Assembly: GCA_965202665.1 (NCBI GenBank)
Contig: OZ241841.1
Coordinates: 896,001-960,000, forward strand
From: Candidatus Spongiisociaceae bacterium
GTDB lineage: Bacteria; Actinomycetota; Acidimicrobiia; Spongiisociales; Spongiisociaceae
Direction: 5' to 3'
Length of the DNA: 64,000 nt
A program made the translations under genes and the position numbers. This document shows positions 28,335 through 39,296 of this stretch, piece by piece; position 1 is the first letter of the stretch; each line of letters starts with the position of its first letter. Under the pieces are notes generated by a model. That model was not told where the DNA came from. It saw nothing but the letters and a program-made list of their open reading frames with translations, and ran no database searches.

Positions 28335-29333
28335 TCAGGCCAGGGCGGCGAACCCGCCGCCGGTGTGCCAGAAAACGACGTTGTCCTCCGGGCGGAACCG
28401 CCCGGCCTCTATCTCGCGCCGCAACCCGAACAGGGCCTTGCCGGTATATACCGGGTCGAACAGCAACCCGGTCAGCCGGACCGCCTCGTCGGTCGCCTCC
28501 CGTTGCTCCCCGCTCACCGCCCCGTAGCCCTCCCCCGCATACCGGTCCATGTATTCCATAATCGGGCCGGGGCGTTTGACGGCCCCCTCCGGCGCCCCCG
28601 GCCCCCCGGACAAGCCGTCCGAGGCGTCGGCCCAGATGGTTTCCACCCTCTCCCGCAAGCGGGCCGCCGTCTCCCCCACCGACAAGGCCACTTGCGGAAC
28701 CCCGAATCCGGCGCGGTGCGCCGCCCAACCGAAGCCGGCGGTGGTGCCCCCTGAGGAGGCGGCGTGCCACACCTCGGCGATGCGCCCTTTGATGACAACC
28801 GTCTGGTCCATCATCTCCTGATAGGCCAAAACCGTCCCCCACATCCCCAGCCGGTCGGAGGCCCCTTCCGGTATCAACCAGGGAACCCTGCCCGCCGCGG
28901 ACAGCTCACCGGCCGCCTCTGCCATCAAAATATCCCGCTCCCGGTATTGATCCGGGGTCACGTAACGAACCTCCGCCCCGGCCATCCTGGAAATCCGGTG
29001 GTTGCCGGTTTCCCCGGCGGGCGGCTGTCCGTCCGCGGTGCGCAGCAACAGCGTCGCCCGCCAACCCAGGCGGGCGCATGCTACGGCGGTCGCCCGGCAA
29101 TGATTGGACTGAACCGCCCCGCAGGTCACCACCGCGTCGGCGCCCCGGCTCCGGGCCGCCGCCAAATGGAACTCCAGTTTGCGCACCTTGTTGCCGGACA
29201 ACCCGAACCCGGTCAGGTCGTCCCGCTTGATCCAAATGCGGGGACCCCCCCACGCCTCGGACAGCCGGGGGAACTCCTGCAACGGAGTGGGGCGGCGGGC
29301 CAGGTCAAGCCGGGGAGGCAACTTCATTGACAT
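28335..29333 (-). CDS. D-cysteine desulfhydrase/ACC deaminase family PLP enzyme
   Basis: KRDDLTGFGLSGNKVRKLEF, QSNHCR, DPVYTGKA and FWHTGG. Confidence 0.9.
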   Translation of the reverse strand: MSMKLPPRLDLARRPTPLQEFPRLSEAWGGPRIWIKRDDLTGFGLSGNKVRKLEFHLAAARSRGADAVVTCGAVQSNHCRATAVACARLGWRATLLLRTADGQPPAGETGNHRISRMAGAEVRYVTPDQYRERDILMAEAAGELSAAGRVPWLIPEGASDRLGMWGTVLAYQEMMDQTVVIKGRIAEVWHAASSGGTTAGFGWAAHRAGFGVPQVALSVGETAARLRERVETIWADASDGLSGGPGAPEGAVKRPGPIMEYMDRYAGEGYGAVSGEQREATDEAVRLTGLLFDPVYTGKALFGLRREIEAGRFRPEDNVVFWHTGGGFAALA

Positions 29334-29374
29334 AACCGCCAAACCTAAAGGGTCCTATGGAAAGTGAGTCGTCT

Positions 29375-29408
29375 AAAGAAGAAGGCGGCCCCGGGCGGGA
29401 CCGCCTTC
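29375..29408 (-). terminator. Intrinsic terminator after groEL
   Basis: GAAGGCGGTCCC-GCCC-GGGGCCGCCTTC hairpin followed by TTCTTT on the minus strand. Confidence 0.75.
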
Positions 29409-29432
29409 CCCGACTTTCAGTTGGGCGGGGAC

Positions 29433-31073
<1,641 letters not shown>

Positions 31074-31101
31074 CTAACTGTCCAGTGTCCAGCCGTCGCG
31101 C

Positions 31102-31392
31102 TCAGCCGACGATGGCCAGCAGGTCCCGGGACGACAGGATCAGATAGTCCTCGCCCTCGTACTTCAGTTCCGTTCCCGCGAACTTGGAATAGACGACCAC
31201 GTCGCCGATGGACACGTCCATCGGAACCCGATCGCCGTCGTCGTTCCGGTCCCCGGGGCCGACGGCCAAAACGGAGCCGGTCTGCGGCTTCTCCTTGGCC
31301 GTGTCTGGGATGACCAGCCCCGATGCGGTGCGCTGCTCGTCCTCATCGTTGGGACTAACGATCACACGGTCACCGAGCGGTGTAAGATTCAT
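31102..31392 (-). CDS. groES: Co-chaperonin GroES
   Basis: [26 protein letters not shown] and VLAVGPG. Confidence 0.97.
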   Translation of the reverse strand: MNLTPLGDRVIVSPNDEDEQRTASGLVIPDTAKEKPQTGSVLAVGPGDRNDDGDRVPMDVSIGDVVVYSKFAGTELKYEGEDYLILSSRDLLAIVG

Positions 31393-31438
31393 CCTCTTCC
31401 TCCTGTTCGGATCGTTCCTTCCCGGCGCAACGAACTCT

Positions 31439-31498
31439 TTGGCGCTCGCCGAGCCGGATTGCCAACTGATTTTATCACTCCCGGCGCAACACTGCCAA
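31439..31498 (-). promoter_or_regulatory. Two tandem CIRCE (HrcA) operators
   Basis: TTGGCAGTG-N9-GAGTGATAA (31472-31498) and TTGGCAATC-N9-GAGCGCCAA (31439-31465) upstream of groES. Confidence 0.8.
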
Positions 31499-31559
31499 AT
31501 CCGCAGGTCAAGTGCGATTTTCGGGAGTCTCCCAAGCGGGGCTGAAACAACCGCCGGGC

Positions 31560-32564
31560 TCACATGCGCAGACCGGGGTCCACCTGTTCCGACCATCCGG
31601 CGCGCCGCCCCCGCTCCAACCAGTGGGACCCCGCCGCCCCGATCATAGCCCCGTTGTCGGTGCACAGCGCGGGCCGGGGCAGGAACAGCCCCACCCCCCG
31701 CCGGTCGGCCTCCTCCCGCAAACGTAGGCGGAGGCGCCGGTTGGCCAGCACCCCGCCCCCGCCCCCCACCGCCTCCGCCCCCAGATCCTCCACCGCGTTC
31801 ATCGTCTTGTCCACCAGCGCGTCCACGATCGCCTCCTGTATGGAAGCCGCCGCATCCGCCATGGAAGGCAGGTCCCCGGAATCCCGGGCTTTGCGCAAAC
31901 GGGTCACCACCGAGGTTTTCAGCCCGGAGAAGGAAAAGTCGTAGCGGCGATCGGCCAGGGCGCGCGGGAAACGGATCGCCTCCGGGTCGCCCCCCTCCGA
32001 CATCCGATCCATGGCCGGGCCGCCCGGATGCCCCAAACCCATGAACCGGGCCAACTTGTCGAAAGCCTCCCCGGCCGCGTCGTCGAGGGTCTGGCCCAGC
32101 ACCCGGTAGTCCCCCCAGTCGCGGGCGGCCACCACCTGGCTGTGCCCGCCCGAAGCCAGCAGAATCACGGCCGGGGGCCGGAAGTCGGGAAACTCCAAGC
32201 GGGGGGCGAACAGGTGGCCCTCCATATGATCCACCCCCAAAAAAGGCAGCCCCCGCGACCAAGCCAGGGCCTTGGCGAAGGAAAAACCCACCAGCAGCGA
32301 ACCGGCCAGGCCCGGGCCGCGGGTGGCGGCGATTCCGTCCAATTCGTCGGGATGAACCGCCGCTTGATCCAAGGCGCGGTGGGTGAGGGAACGGATCGCC
32401 TCCACATGGGCGCGGGCCGCCACCTCCGGCACCACCCCCCCGAACCGGCTGTGCAACTCCACCTGCGATCCCAGCACGTTGCTGCGCACCCGCGACCCCT
32501 CCACCACCGCCGCCGCCGTTTCGTCGCAGGAAGTTTCAAAAGCCAGCACCAACGGTCCGCTCAC
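31560..32564 (-). CDS. tsaD: tRNA t6A37 threonylcarbamoyltransferase
   Basis: [35 protein letters not shown] and CTDNGAMI. Confidence 0.96.
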   Translation of the reverse strand: MSGPLVLAFETSCDETAAAVVEGSRVRSNVLGSQVELHSRFGGVVPEVAARAHVEAIRSLTHRALDQAAVHPDELDGIAATRGPGLAGSLLVGFSFAKALAWSRGLPFLGVDHMEGHLFAPRLEFPDFRPPAVILLASGGHSQVVAARDWGDYRVLGQTLDDAAGEAFDKLARFMGLGHPGGPAMDRMSEGGDPEAIRFPRALADRRYDFSFSGLKTSVVTRLRKARDSGDLPSMADAAASIQEAIVDALVDKTMNAVEDLGAEAVGGGGGVLANRRLRLRLREEADRRGVGLFLPRPALCTDNGAMIGAAGSHWLERGRRAGWSEQVDPGLRM

Positions 32565-33043
32565 GGCAACCCCTCCCGAATTTTGTCCAAACGGCCCGCG
32601 TAGCCGGGGCCGGCCAAGTCGTGCACCCACATTATGAGGGCGTCCTCATCCCGGTAATAGCGCTTGCGCACCCCCACCGGGGCCATCCCGAACTTGCGGT
32701 AGAAGTCCTGGGCGGTGCGATTGGAAACCCGCACCTCCAACGTCAATTGCTGCGCCCCCCCGTCCAGGGCGGATTCGATCAGCGACAGCATCAAACGGGA
32801 ACCAACCGCCGGAACCGGAGAAGGGCGGGCGGAGGCCAAGGTGTTTATGTGGGCGTCGCAGCCGACCAGCATCAGCCCCCCGTAGCCGATCACCCGCCCC
32901 TGATGTTCGGCCACTAGATAGCAACGTCCGGGAGCGTCCAACTCGTCGGTGAAAATTCGCTCGTTCCACGGCTGATGGAAAGTGTCCCGTTCCAAGGCCA
33001 TGACCTCCGGGAGGTCGTCCCTCCGCATGGGCCGGATGGTCAC
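32561..33043 (-). CDS. rimI: Ribosomal-protein-alanine N-acetyltransferase
   Basis: LEVRVSN...FYRKFG...RKRYY...EDALIM; lies between tsaB and tsaD. Confidence 0.92.
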   Translation of the reverse strand: MTIRPMRRDDLPEVMALERDTFHQPWNERIFTDELDAPGRCYLVAEHQGRVIGYGGLMLVGCDAHINTLASARPSPVPAVGSRLMLSLIESALDGGAQQLTLEVRVSNRTAQDFYRKFGMAPVGVRKRYYRDEDALIMWVHDLAGPGYAGRLDKIREGLP

Positions 33044-33786
33044 GTCCGTTCTCCGGCGTCCGGGACGGCGGCGGGAGGATGACCGGGCCAGAAACCCCCC
33101 TGCGTCAGATGGGCGGAACCCAAAGTCACATCCGGTTTCCGCATGTAGAAGGGACGAACCTGGTCGGGATGGGGGAACTCTCCCCGCTCCGCCCGGGGGG
33201 CGGCCAGCGCGGCCACGGCCGCCGCGTGCGGGAAGCGGGGGCGGCCGGTTTTGACGCGGTGCAGTCCGCTGAAAATCCCCTCCGGCAGGGCCGGCCAGTC
33301 CCCCACCACCAACGACTCCTGCGGATAGGAATCGAGGATGCCCCGAAAGTGGTCGTAACCCACCGTCTCCGGCGCGGAATCCATCACCGCCCCGCCCGGC
33401 GCCGGCTGATAACCGGCCACCGCCGCCTCCCCCCGTCGCATGTCCACCACCGCCCAGATACGACGGCGGCCGGTGGCGGCCCGCAACGCCAGGGCGTCCA
33501 GCGAACACCCTCCGAGGAGGGGAATCCCCAATCCGGCGGCCAAGCCCTGGGCGGTGGCCAAACCCACCCGGAGGCCGGTGAAAAGACCGGGGCCGGTATC
33601 CACCGCCACCGCCTCCAGATCGGAGGGGGACATGCCGGCCTGCTGAAAGCAGAAGTCGATGGCCGGGACCAAAAAACCGTCATGCCCGCGGCTGTCCAAA
33701 CGGCGGGCGGAGGCAAGGGCCTCCCCGTCCTTTACCAAAGCCACCGAGGAGGCGGCGGTGGCGGTCTCAATGGCCAGAATCAGCAA
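33040..33786 (-). CDS. tsaB: tRNA t6A biosynthesis protein TsaB
   Basis: ILAIETAT, GPGLFTGLRVG and PFYMRKPD. Confidence 0.92.
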   Translation of the reverse strand: MLILAIETATAASSVALVKDGEALASARRLDSRGHDGFLVPAIDFCFQQAGMSPSDLEAVAVDTGPGLFTGLRVGLATAQGLAAGLGIPLLGGCSLDALALRAATGRRRIWAVVDMRRGEAAVAGYQPAPGGAVMDSAPETVGYDHFRGILDSYPQESLVVGDWPALPEGIFSGLHRVKTGRPRFPHAAAVAALAAPRAERGEFPHPDQVRPFYMRKPDVTLGSAHLTQGGFWPGHPPAAVPDAGERT

Positions 33787-34235
33787 CGGACCAGCTCCAA
33801 GTCGCGCCCCCGCCAATCTCCGTGCGGAGCGAGGCGGATAGAGCGGGGCTCCTCCCCCGCCCCCGACAACTCCGCCTCCAAAAAGTCGTCGGTCAGCCGG
33901 GAAGCCACCATGTCCCCCCATTCGATCACCAGCAACCCCTCCCGGGCTCCGCTCAGCAACTCCAGTTCCTCCACTTCGGCGAAAGTGGCCGCGCGGTAGA
34001 CATCGGCGTGCACCAGCGGCATAAACCCGTCCCGGTAGATTCTGACCAGGATGAACGAGGGGGACTGCACCGGCTCCTCCACCCCCAAGCCCTCCGCCAA
34101 CCCGGAAACGAACACGGTTTTGCCCGCCCCCAGCGGCCCCTGCAGCAGGATCACATCCCCGGGGCGGGCCAAGGCGGCCAAAGCGCGGCCCACCGCCCGG
34201 GTGTCGGAAGGGCGGGGGGCGGTTATTTCCATCAT
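33780..34235 (-). CDS. tsaE: tRNA t6A biosynthesis ATPase TsaE
   Basis: GPLGAGKT, VQSPSF, HADVYR and IEWG. Confidence 0.94.
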   Translation of the reverse strand: MMEITAPRPSDTRAVGRALAALARPGDVILLQGPLGAGKTVFVSGLAEGLGVEEPVQSPSFILVRIYRDGFMPLVHADVYRAATFAEVEELELLSGAREGLLVIEWGDMVASRLTDDFLEAELSGAGEEPRSIRLAPHGDWRGRDLELVRC

Positions 34236-34906
34236 CCGAACAATCCCATCTGTTCGGAGGGGGCCTCAATCCCCGGCGCTTCCGCCTCCGGGGAGGGAGC
34301 GGTTTGCTCGGCGGCCCCGGCCCGAATTTGTTCCATGGTGCGCACCGCCAACCGCAAATCCTCGGCCATTACCGCCTCCATTTCCGGCCCGGCCCGCAAC
34401 GCGGCCGCCGGATGGAAAGTTGGTATCACCACCGTCCCCCACCACGGAACGACCCGCCCCCGCATGCGGGTGATGCCGGTGTTAGTTTTCAACAACAGTT
34501 TTGTGGCGAAGTTGCCCAAGGTCATCACCGCCAACGGGTCCACCAGCCGGATCTGGTCGGACAGGAAATGCTTGCAGGCCTCGATTTCGTCCGGGCGGGG
34601 GTCCCGGTTGTTGGGCGGGCGGCATTTGACCACGTTGGCTATGTAGACATCGGCCCTGCTCATGCCCGCTTCGTCCAGCAAGCGGTCCAACAACATCCCC
34701 GCCTTGCCCACGAACGGAATTCCCTGCCGGTCCTCGTAGTAACCGGGCCCTTCTCCGATGAACATCAACTCCGCCTGCGGCAAGCCGTCGGCAAACACCG
34801 CCTGGGTGCGCCCCTCCGCTAAGCGGCAGGCGGTGCATTCCCGGGCCTCGGCGGCCAACTTTTCCAGGCGGGCGGCCGCCTCCGACAGGGAAATTTCCCG
34901 GTTCAC
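34232..34906 (-). CDS. Uracil-DNA glycosylase, family 4
   Basis: CTAC, GEGPG, NVVKCRPPNNRDP and FHPAA. Confidence 0.92.
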   Translation of the reverse strand: MNREISLSEAAARLEKLAAEARECTACRLAEGRTQAVFADGLPQAELMFIGEGPGYYEDRQGIPFVGKAGMLLDRLLDEAGMSRADVYIANVVKCRPPNNRDPRPDEIEACKHFLSDQIRLVDPLAVMTLGNFATKLLLKTNTGITRMRGRVVPWWGTVVIPTFHPAAALRAGPEMEAVMAEDLRLAVRTMEQIRAGAAEQTAPSPEAEAPGIEAPSEQMGLFG

Positions 34907-35817
34907 TTTTCGCTCCGGCGACGGGCCGGTTGGGGCGGGCGGACGGCGCGTGCGATGGCCCGGCCGGCGGCGATGAACGCCCCTTCCCCCAGGACGAGCA
35001 GGCCGCCGGTCCGCTCCCCGCAGGAAACGGCGAAGACGATATCGCCGTCCAGCCGGGTGTGGGCGGGGCGGATGCAAGCCGCTACCGCGTCGGCCGCCCG
35101 CACCGCCAGATACAGCAAATCCTCCCGGCCCAGACGGGCGTCGACGGCGACGGCCAGCAAGGTGGTGTTGGCGCGGTCAACGAGGGCGGCGGGAGGGGGG
35201 CCGGGACGCGGAGGTCCGCCGGTCAGCGGCTCTCCTTCCAGGGTGAAAACGTCCCCCGCCGGGTTGACCACCGCCAACGCCCCCACCCGGCATCCGCCGG
35301 CCGTCTCCGCCGCCGAACCCAAACCGGCGGGGCGCGCCGCCTGCGGCCCCCTCCATTGGGAGGAGGTCGCCCCCCGGCCCGCCCCCACCCTCCCCTGCTC
35401 CACCGGAGCCGCGGTGCGGGCCCGGTAAGCCCGCGCCCCCTCTTCGGGGCCGGGGCGGGCGGCGGCTTCCCCGGGCGGGTTTTCAGCCAGGTCGTAAATG
35501 ACCGCGGCGGGAACGATGGGCACCGGCCCGGCCGGGGCGGGGTGGCCCCGTCCGGCGGCGGCCAACTCCCGCATCACCCCGTCGGCGGCGGCCAGCCCGA
35601 AGGCCGACCCGCCGCTGAAGGCCAAGCCCTGGATTTGGGTAACCCTCATTCCGGGGGCGAGCAGGGCCGTCTCCCGGGATCCGGGGGCGCCGCCCCGCAC
35701 TTCGGCGGTCGCCGTGTTCGGTTCGGGGAAGGTGATCACGGTAACGCCGGTGTCGCAGTCGGGGGAGGTCCAATGCCCCACTTCCACTCCGGGGACGGCG
35801 GTGAGGGTGTCGTTCAT
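34903..35817 (-). CDS. P1/S58 (DmpA-like) peptidase
   Basis: GVEVGH, RGGAPGSRET, GGSAFGL, NTTL and HTRLDGD. Confidence 0.88.
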   Translation of the reverse strand: MNDTLTAVPGVEVGHWTSPDCDTGVTVITFPEPNTATAEVRGGAPGSRETALLAPGMRVTQIQGLAFSGGSAFGLAAADGVMRELAAAGRGHPAPAGPVPIVPAAVIYDLAENPPGEAAARPGPEEGARAYRARTAAPVEQGRVGAGRGATSSQWRGPQAARPAGLGSAAETAGGCRVGALAVVNPAGDVFTLEGEPLTGGPPRPGPPPAALVDRANTTLLAVAVDARLGREDLLYLAVRAADAVAACIRPAHTRLDGDIVFAVSCGERTGGLLVLGEGAFIAAGRAIARAVRPPQPARRRSEK

Positions 35818-35826
35818 AGGGGAATA

Positions 35827-36963
35827 TTAGGTTTCGGGGCGGGCGCGGGAAATTACATAGCTCTCGTCGTAAAACCACACGCCCCCGTGTCGTTTGATGA
35901 CCGACCGCACCGCCTCCAGATAGGCCCCCGACGCAACCGCCTCCGCCACCCGCTCTTCGTCGATCTGCGCCACGTAGACGGCCGCGTTCCACGCGGCCAA
36001 AAGGGACGAGGTTCCGAAATTTTGGTTCGACTCGGCGGGCATCACCTTCAAGTCGTACCGGAACACGGACTCTTCGTCGGTCAGCGGATGGGTGCGCAGG
36101 TTGCTTTGCGGGCGCAACAGGCGATCGGCTTCGGCCAGCAGGGCTCGGCGGCCGGTGCGGAACGGATCCTCCTCCGGCCACAGCTGGCGGATGATTTCCA
36201 TGCCGGGATCGCGGCCGTAGCCGTGAATGCCCAGCAAACGTCCGCCGGGGGCGAGGGACTCCGCCAACGGTTGAATGACCGTGCGTACTTTGTGCTCATC
36301 GGAGGTGCGGGCCCGATAGGGCTGGGAGGCGATCACCAGGTCGTAGGCGGCCTGATAGGAGTCGGGCCGGGGCAGGGTGCGGCGCAGGATGAACTCCCGA
36401 TCTTGGCGGTAAATGACATGCACGGCCGGGGTGACGTAGATCGGATTGCCGGTGCGGGGGCTGACCTCCACCCGCCAGTCTTCGGTCACCTGTTCGATGA
36501 TGTCCCGGATCTGGCGGGTGAATTCCAGGGTGGTGGATCCCCGCAGGGCGGTGCTCCGCCAGGACACCTCCGGTTTGCCGGGGGAGGGGCGCAGGCCGGG
36601 GGCTTCCAGGTAGGTCATATTGGTGACCACGAACACCATCTCCGGGTGCTCGTGGAGGCGGTCCGGCAACCGGTCCAGGGCCTGGCGGACGTCCTCCAGG
36701 CTGATCTCCTTGCCCACTATCAGCCAGGGCACGTGGGTGAACCGTTCGTGCAACATCCGCATAACGTTGGTGAGCACGGTGGCGTCCCCCATTCCGGCGT
36801 CGAACACCCGCAGGGCGTCCGGGCCGGGGGTTACGCGCTCCGCCTCCCGGGCCACCCGCGCCGCCACCATCTCCTTTTCGGTGGTGACGGTAACGAACAT
36901 CATGTAGGCGGCCCGGCTGTCGAAAAACCGGGGACGCGGCCGCTCGGCCGGCGGTACGGACAT
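35827..36963 (-). CDS. Hypothetical protein with a SAM-binding-like motif
   Basis: Long ORF with host-like codon use; RVFDAGMGDA glycine loop and LAPGGRLL. Confidence 0.65.
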   Translation of the reverse strand: MSVPPAERPRPRFFDSRAAYMMFVTVTTEKEMVAARVAREAERVTPGPDALRVFDAGMGDATVLTNVMRMLHERFTHVPWLIVGKEISLEDVRQALDRLPDRLHEHPEMVFVVTNMTYLEAPGLRPSPGKPEVSWRSTALRGSTTLEFTRQIRDIIEQVTEDWRVEVSPRTGNPIYVTPAVHVIYRQDREFILRRTLPRPDSYQAAYDLVIASQPYRARTSDEHKVRTVIQPLAESLAPGGRLLGIHGYGRDPGMEIIRQLWPEEDPFRTGRRALLAEADRLLRPQSNLRTHPLTDEESVFRYDLKVMPAESNQNFGTSSLLAAWNAAVYVAQIDEERVAEAVASGAYLEAVRSVIKRHGGVWFYDESYVISRARPET

Positions 36964-37090
36964 TGAACCTGTTCTCCTGCCTGCTCCTGTCAGCGGCTTA
37001 GCGGGGCGGCGGACCCTTCATATTGTTATCCGGTATCCTGTTCTTGTCTAACCATAGAGCATATTCGGCCCCGGCTGAGGAGCGCGCCCC

Positions 37091-37303
37091 ATGATCAAAA
37101 GCCTGACGGTCAGAAACTTTAAGCGGTTCACCGAGCAGGTTTTTCATCTGCACGATTCGGTGGTGCTGGCCGGGCCCAACAACTCCGGCAAAACCACCCT
37201 TTTGCAGGCCGTCGCCGCCTGGCGCATGGGTTTGGACCAGTGGGCGTCGCAACGGGGCGGGCGGAGAAACCGACGTTTCTATTCTCCACGAGTGAACGCA
37301 TAA
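37091..37303 (+). pseudogene. Truncated AAA/ABC ATPase (RecF/OLD/SMC-like N-terminus)
   Basis: MIKSLTVRNFKRF...AGPNNSGKTTLLQA; family-like sequence ends near 37262 and the ORF stops at 70 aa; GAGGAG RBS. Confidence 0.75.
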
Positions 37304-37443
37304 TTCTTAACTTGTTATTGTACGCGTCGGCTAGTTGCCTAAACGTGCGTCCCCTGATTTTCGTAAACTTCGCCATTCCCTCCCTCTGTGGCGGTGCAGT
37401 TATGTTACTACCCCCACCTTGCCAAACCTGCCGCCCGGTGAGG

Positions 37444-37803
37444 TTACTGACGGCCTTCAGGAATGATTACCAGCACCCCGGTGGGGAACTTTTCCCGTAA
37501 ACCGGCGGGGGGCGGGGCATCGTGGTCGCGCAAGAATTGCACCCAGTCGCTCTGGTTTACTGGATTAAACTCCCGATATGACTCTTTGAACCAATACGGC
37601 CAATAACCGATGCCCTCAAAGTAGAGATGCCAGTAAAGTTTGCCTACGACCAACTCTTCCTCACCCGGCCCACCTGGGGTGAAAAAAGGTTGATGGCCAT
37701 TGGCGAGCAAGATCCTTTCCTCGTACTCAGTCAAGCGGGGGTCGTACCTGCGTTCCATTGGCCCCGGAGTGTCCGGCTGGTCGGCTGGGGTGGTGTTTGC
37801 CAT
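37444..37803 (-). CDS. Hypothetical protein (aromatic-rich, AT-richer DNA)
   Basis: ORF with GAAGGA RBS; no recognisable motif. Confidence 0.55.
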   Translation of the reverse strand: MANTTPADQPDTPGPMERRYDPRLTEYEERILLANGHQPFFTPGGPGEEELVVGKLYWHLYFEGIGYWPYWFKESYREFNPVNQSDWVQFLRDHDAPPPAGLREKFPTGVLVIIPEGRQ

Positions 37804-38016
37804 TTTGTAGTCCTTCTTCGTTTGCCGTGACAGCCACTTTACATGGCTGGTTGGCGGTCCCGGACAAGCGGTCTGGAGATGCGCCCGCGGCGACGCAACC
37901 AACTATGTTGCATATTATAACATACATAATTATAACCTCCCCGACGGGTGGATTACCACCGGGCATACAGACTAACTATGTGCCACAACGGGTTCATGGG
38001 AGGTTGATGATGAACA

Positions 38017-38361
38017 TTGAAGGAACGGATGGTGTCTTTCACCACCAAAACTGAAGCTACCGTCTCAGTTTCCTGTTCCTGGTTCTCGTCCACCCACTTT
38101 GGAAATCCCGTCCATCAAAACACGGAGGACGGGTCCAAGCAGCGTTTCTTGGCGTTCCCGTACTGGGACGAATGGGGAGGGGAGACGTTAGCGACGGCTA
38201 TACTCAACGACATCCCCAGCAGTAGCAGGCGGCTAACCGATGCGGGCCAGCCCACCCTCAAAAGAGATTTGCATCTGTTGGAAGCAATGATGGAACCCGA
38301 TGAGAGCCATCCGGAGGTGGTGGGCATGCTGGACAAAATAAGCGAACTGGCCCGGGGCTGA
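38017..38361 (+). CDS. Hypothetical protein, possibly 5'-degraded
   Basis: ORF in the foreign patch; the best RBS (GGGAGG near 37998) leads into a short out-of-frame ORF. Confidence 0.4.
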   Translation: MKERMVSFTTKTEATVSVSCSWFSSTHFGNPVHQNTEDGSKQRFLAFPYWDEWGGETLATAILNDIPSSSRRLTDAGQPTLKRDLHLLEAMMEPDESHPEVVGMLDKISELARG

Positions 38362-38378
38362 GGGCCCTCGAACAAGAT

Positions 38379-39296
38379 TCAGGGGGCGGGGGGCGGGCGG
38401 CGGTCGGCCCATTGCACTAGGGCGATTACCGCTCCGGCGGAAACCAGGGCCAGGACAACGGGGACGGCCCAGTCGGAGCCGGGTGCGCCCAGGACGGTGG
38501 CTCCGACGCCGTTTTCGTCCCCCAAGCCGTACGGCCAAGGCCACAGGATGCGGAACGAACCGGCCATCAGGCCGATCATCACCGCCAGCAAGCGGTCGTG
38601 GAAACGGGCCAGCAACCAGTTCAAAAACCGGGAAAAAGCGCCCAGGCCGAGAACCAAACCCAAGGCGAACACCGCCAAGGCCGGAACGTCGAGGCCGGTC
38701 AGAGCCCGGATTACCGGCTGATACATTCCGATGGACAGCAACAGGAAGGAGCCGCTCACTCCCGGCAGGATGAAAGCGCACACCCCCAGTGCCCCGGCCA
38801 GGAAAAAATTCCACCAAGCCGGGGAGGAAACCGCCGCCGATTGGAAACCGAACCCCCAGAAGGCTACCGCCCCCGTCGCCGCCGCCAGCGACAGATGGGC
38901 GACCGTCGGGCGGCGGAACAACCCGACGGCGGCCGCCAGGGCCCCGGCCATCAAACCGAAAAACACGGCCGCGGTGCGCACCGGTTGCTCCGCTAGCAAC
39001 CATTCGATCACCCCCGCCAAAGCCGCCACCGACATCACCGCCCCGGCGCCCAAAGACGAAATGAACCGCCATTCCACTTTGCGCAACATCCCGCCCGCCC
39101 CCCGGAGGTCCCCCCGCAACAGGCGCACCGCCGCCCCCGCCCCCGTATCGAGGGCGGCCACCAAGCGCGGGTAAATACGGGTAACCAGGGCCACCGTGCC
39201 CCCGCTGACCCCCGGCACCAAATCGGCCATTCCCATCAGCAAACCCCGCCACCACCATCCGGCCAGGGCCGGCCAAGCGGGGCGGGGGCGGCTCAT
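38379..39296 (-). CDS. DUF368 membrane protein (undecaprenyl-phosphate translocase family)
   Basis: GMADLVPGVSGGTVAL and AFILPGVSGSFLLL re-entrant motifs. Confidence 0.9.
   Translation of the reverse strand: MSRPRPAWPALAGWWWRGLLMGMADLVPGVSGGTVALVTRIYPRLVAALDTGAGAAVRLLRGDLRGAGGMLRKVEWRFISSLGAGAVMSVAALAGVIEWLLAEQPVRTAAVFFGLMAGALAAAVGLFRRPTVAHLSLAAATGAVAFWGFGFQSAAVSSPAWWNFFLAGALGVCAFILPGVSGSFLLLSIGMYQPVIRALTGLDVPALAVFALGLVLGLGAFSRFLNWLLARFHDRLLAVMIGLMAGSFRILWPWPYGLGDENGVGATVLGAPGSDWAVPVVLALVSAGAVIALVQWADRRPPPAP

Noticed and set aside
37254-38400. GGGGCGGGCGG at both ends of the foreign patch as a target-site duplication
   Set aside because: It is a low-complexity G/C word likely by chance, and the right copy lies inside the DUF368 coding end.
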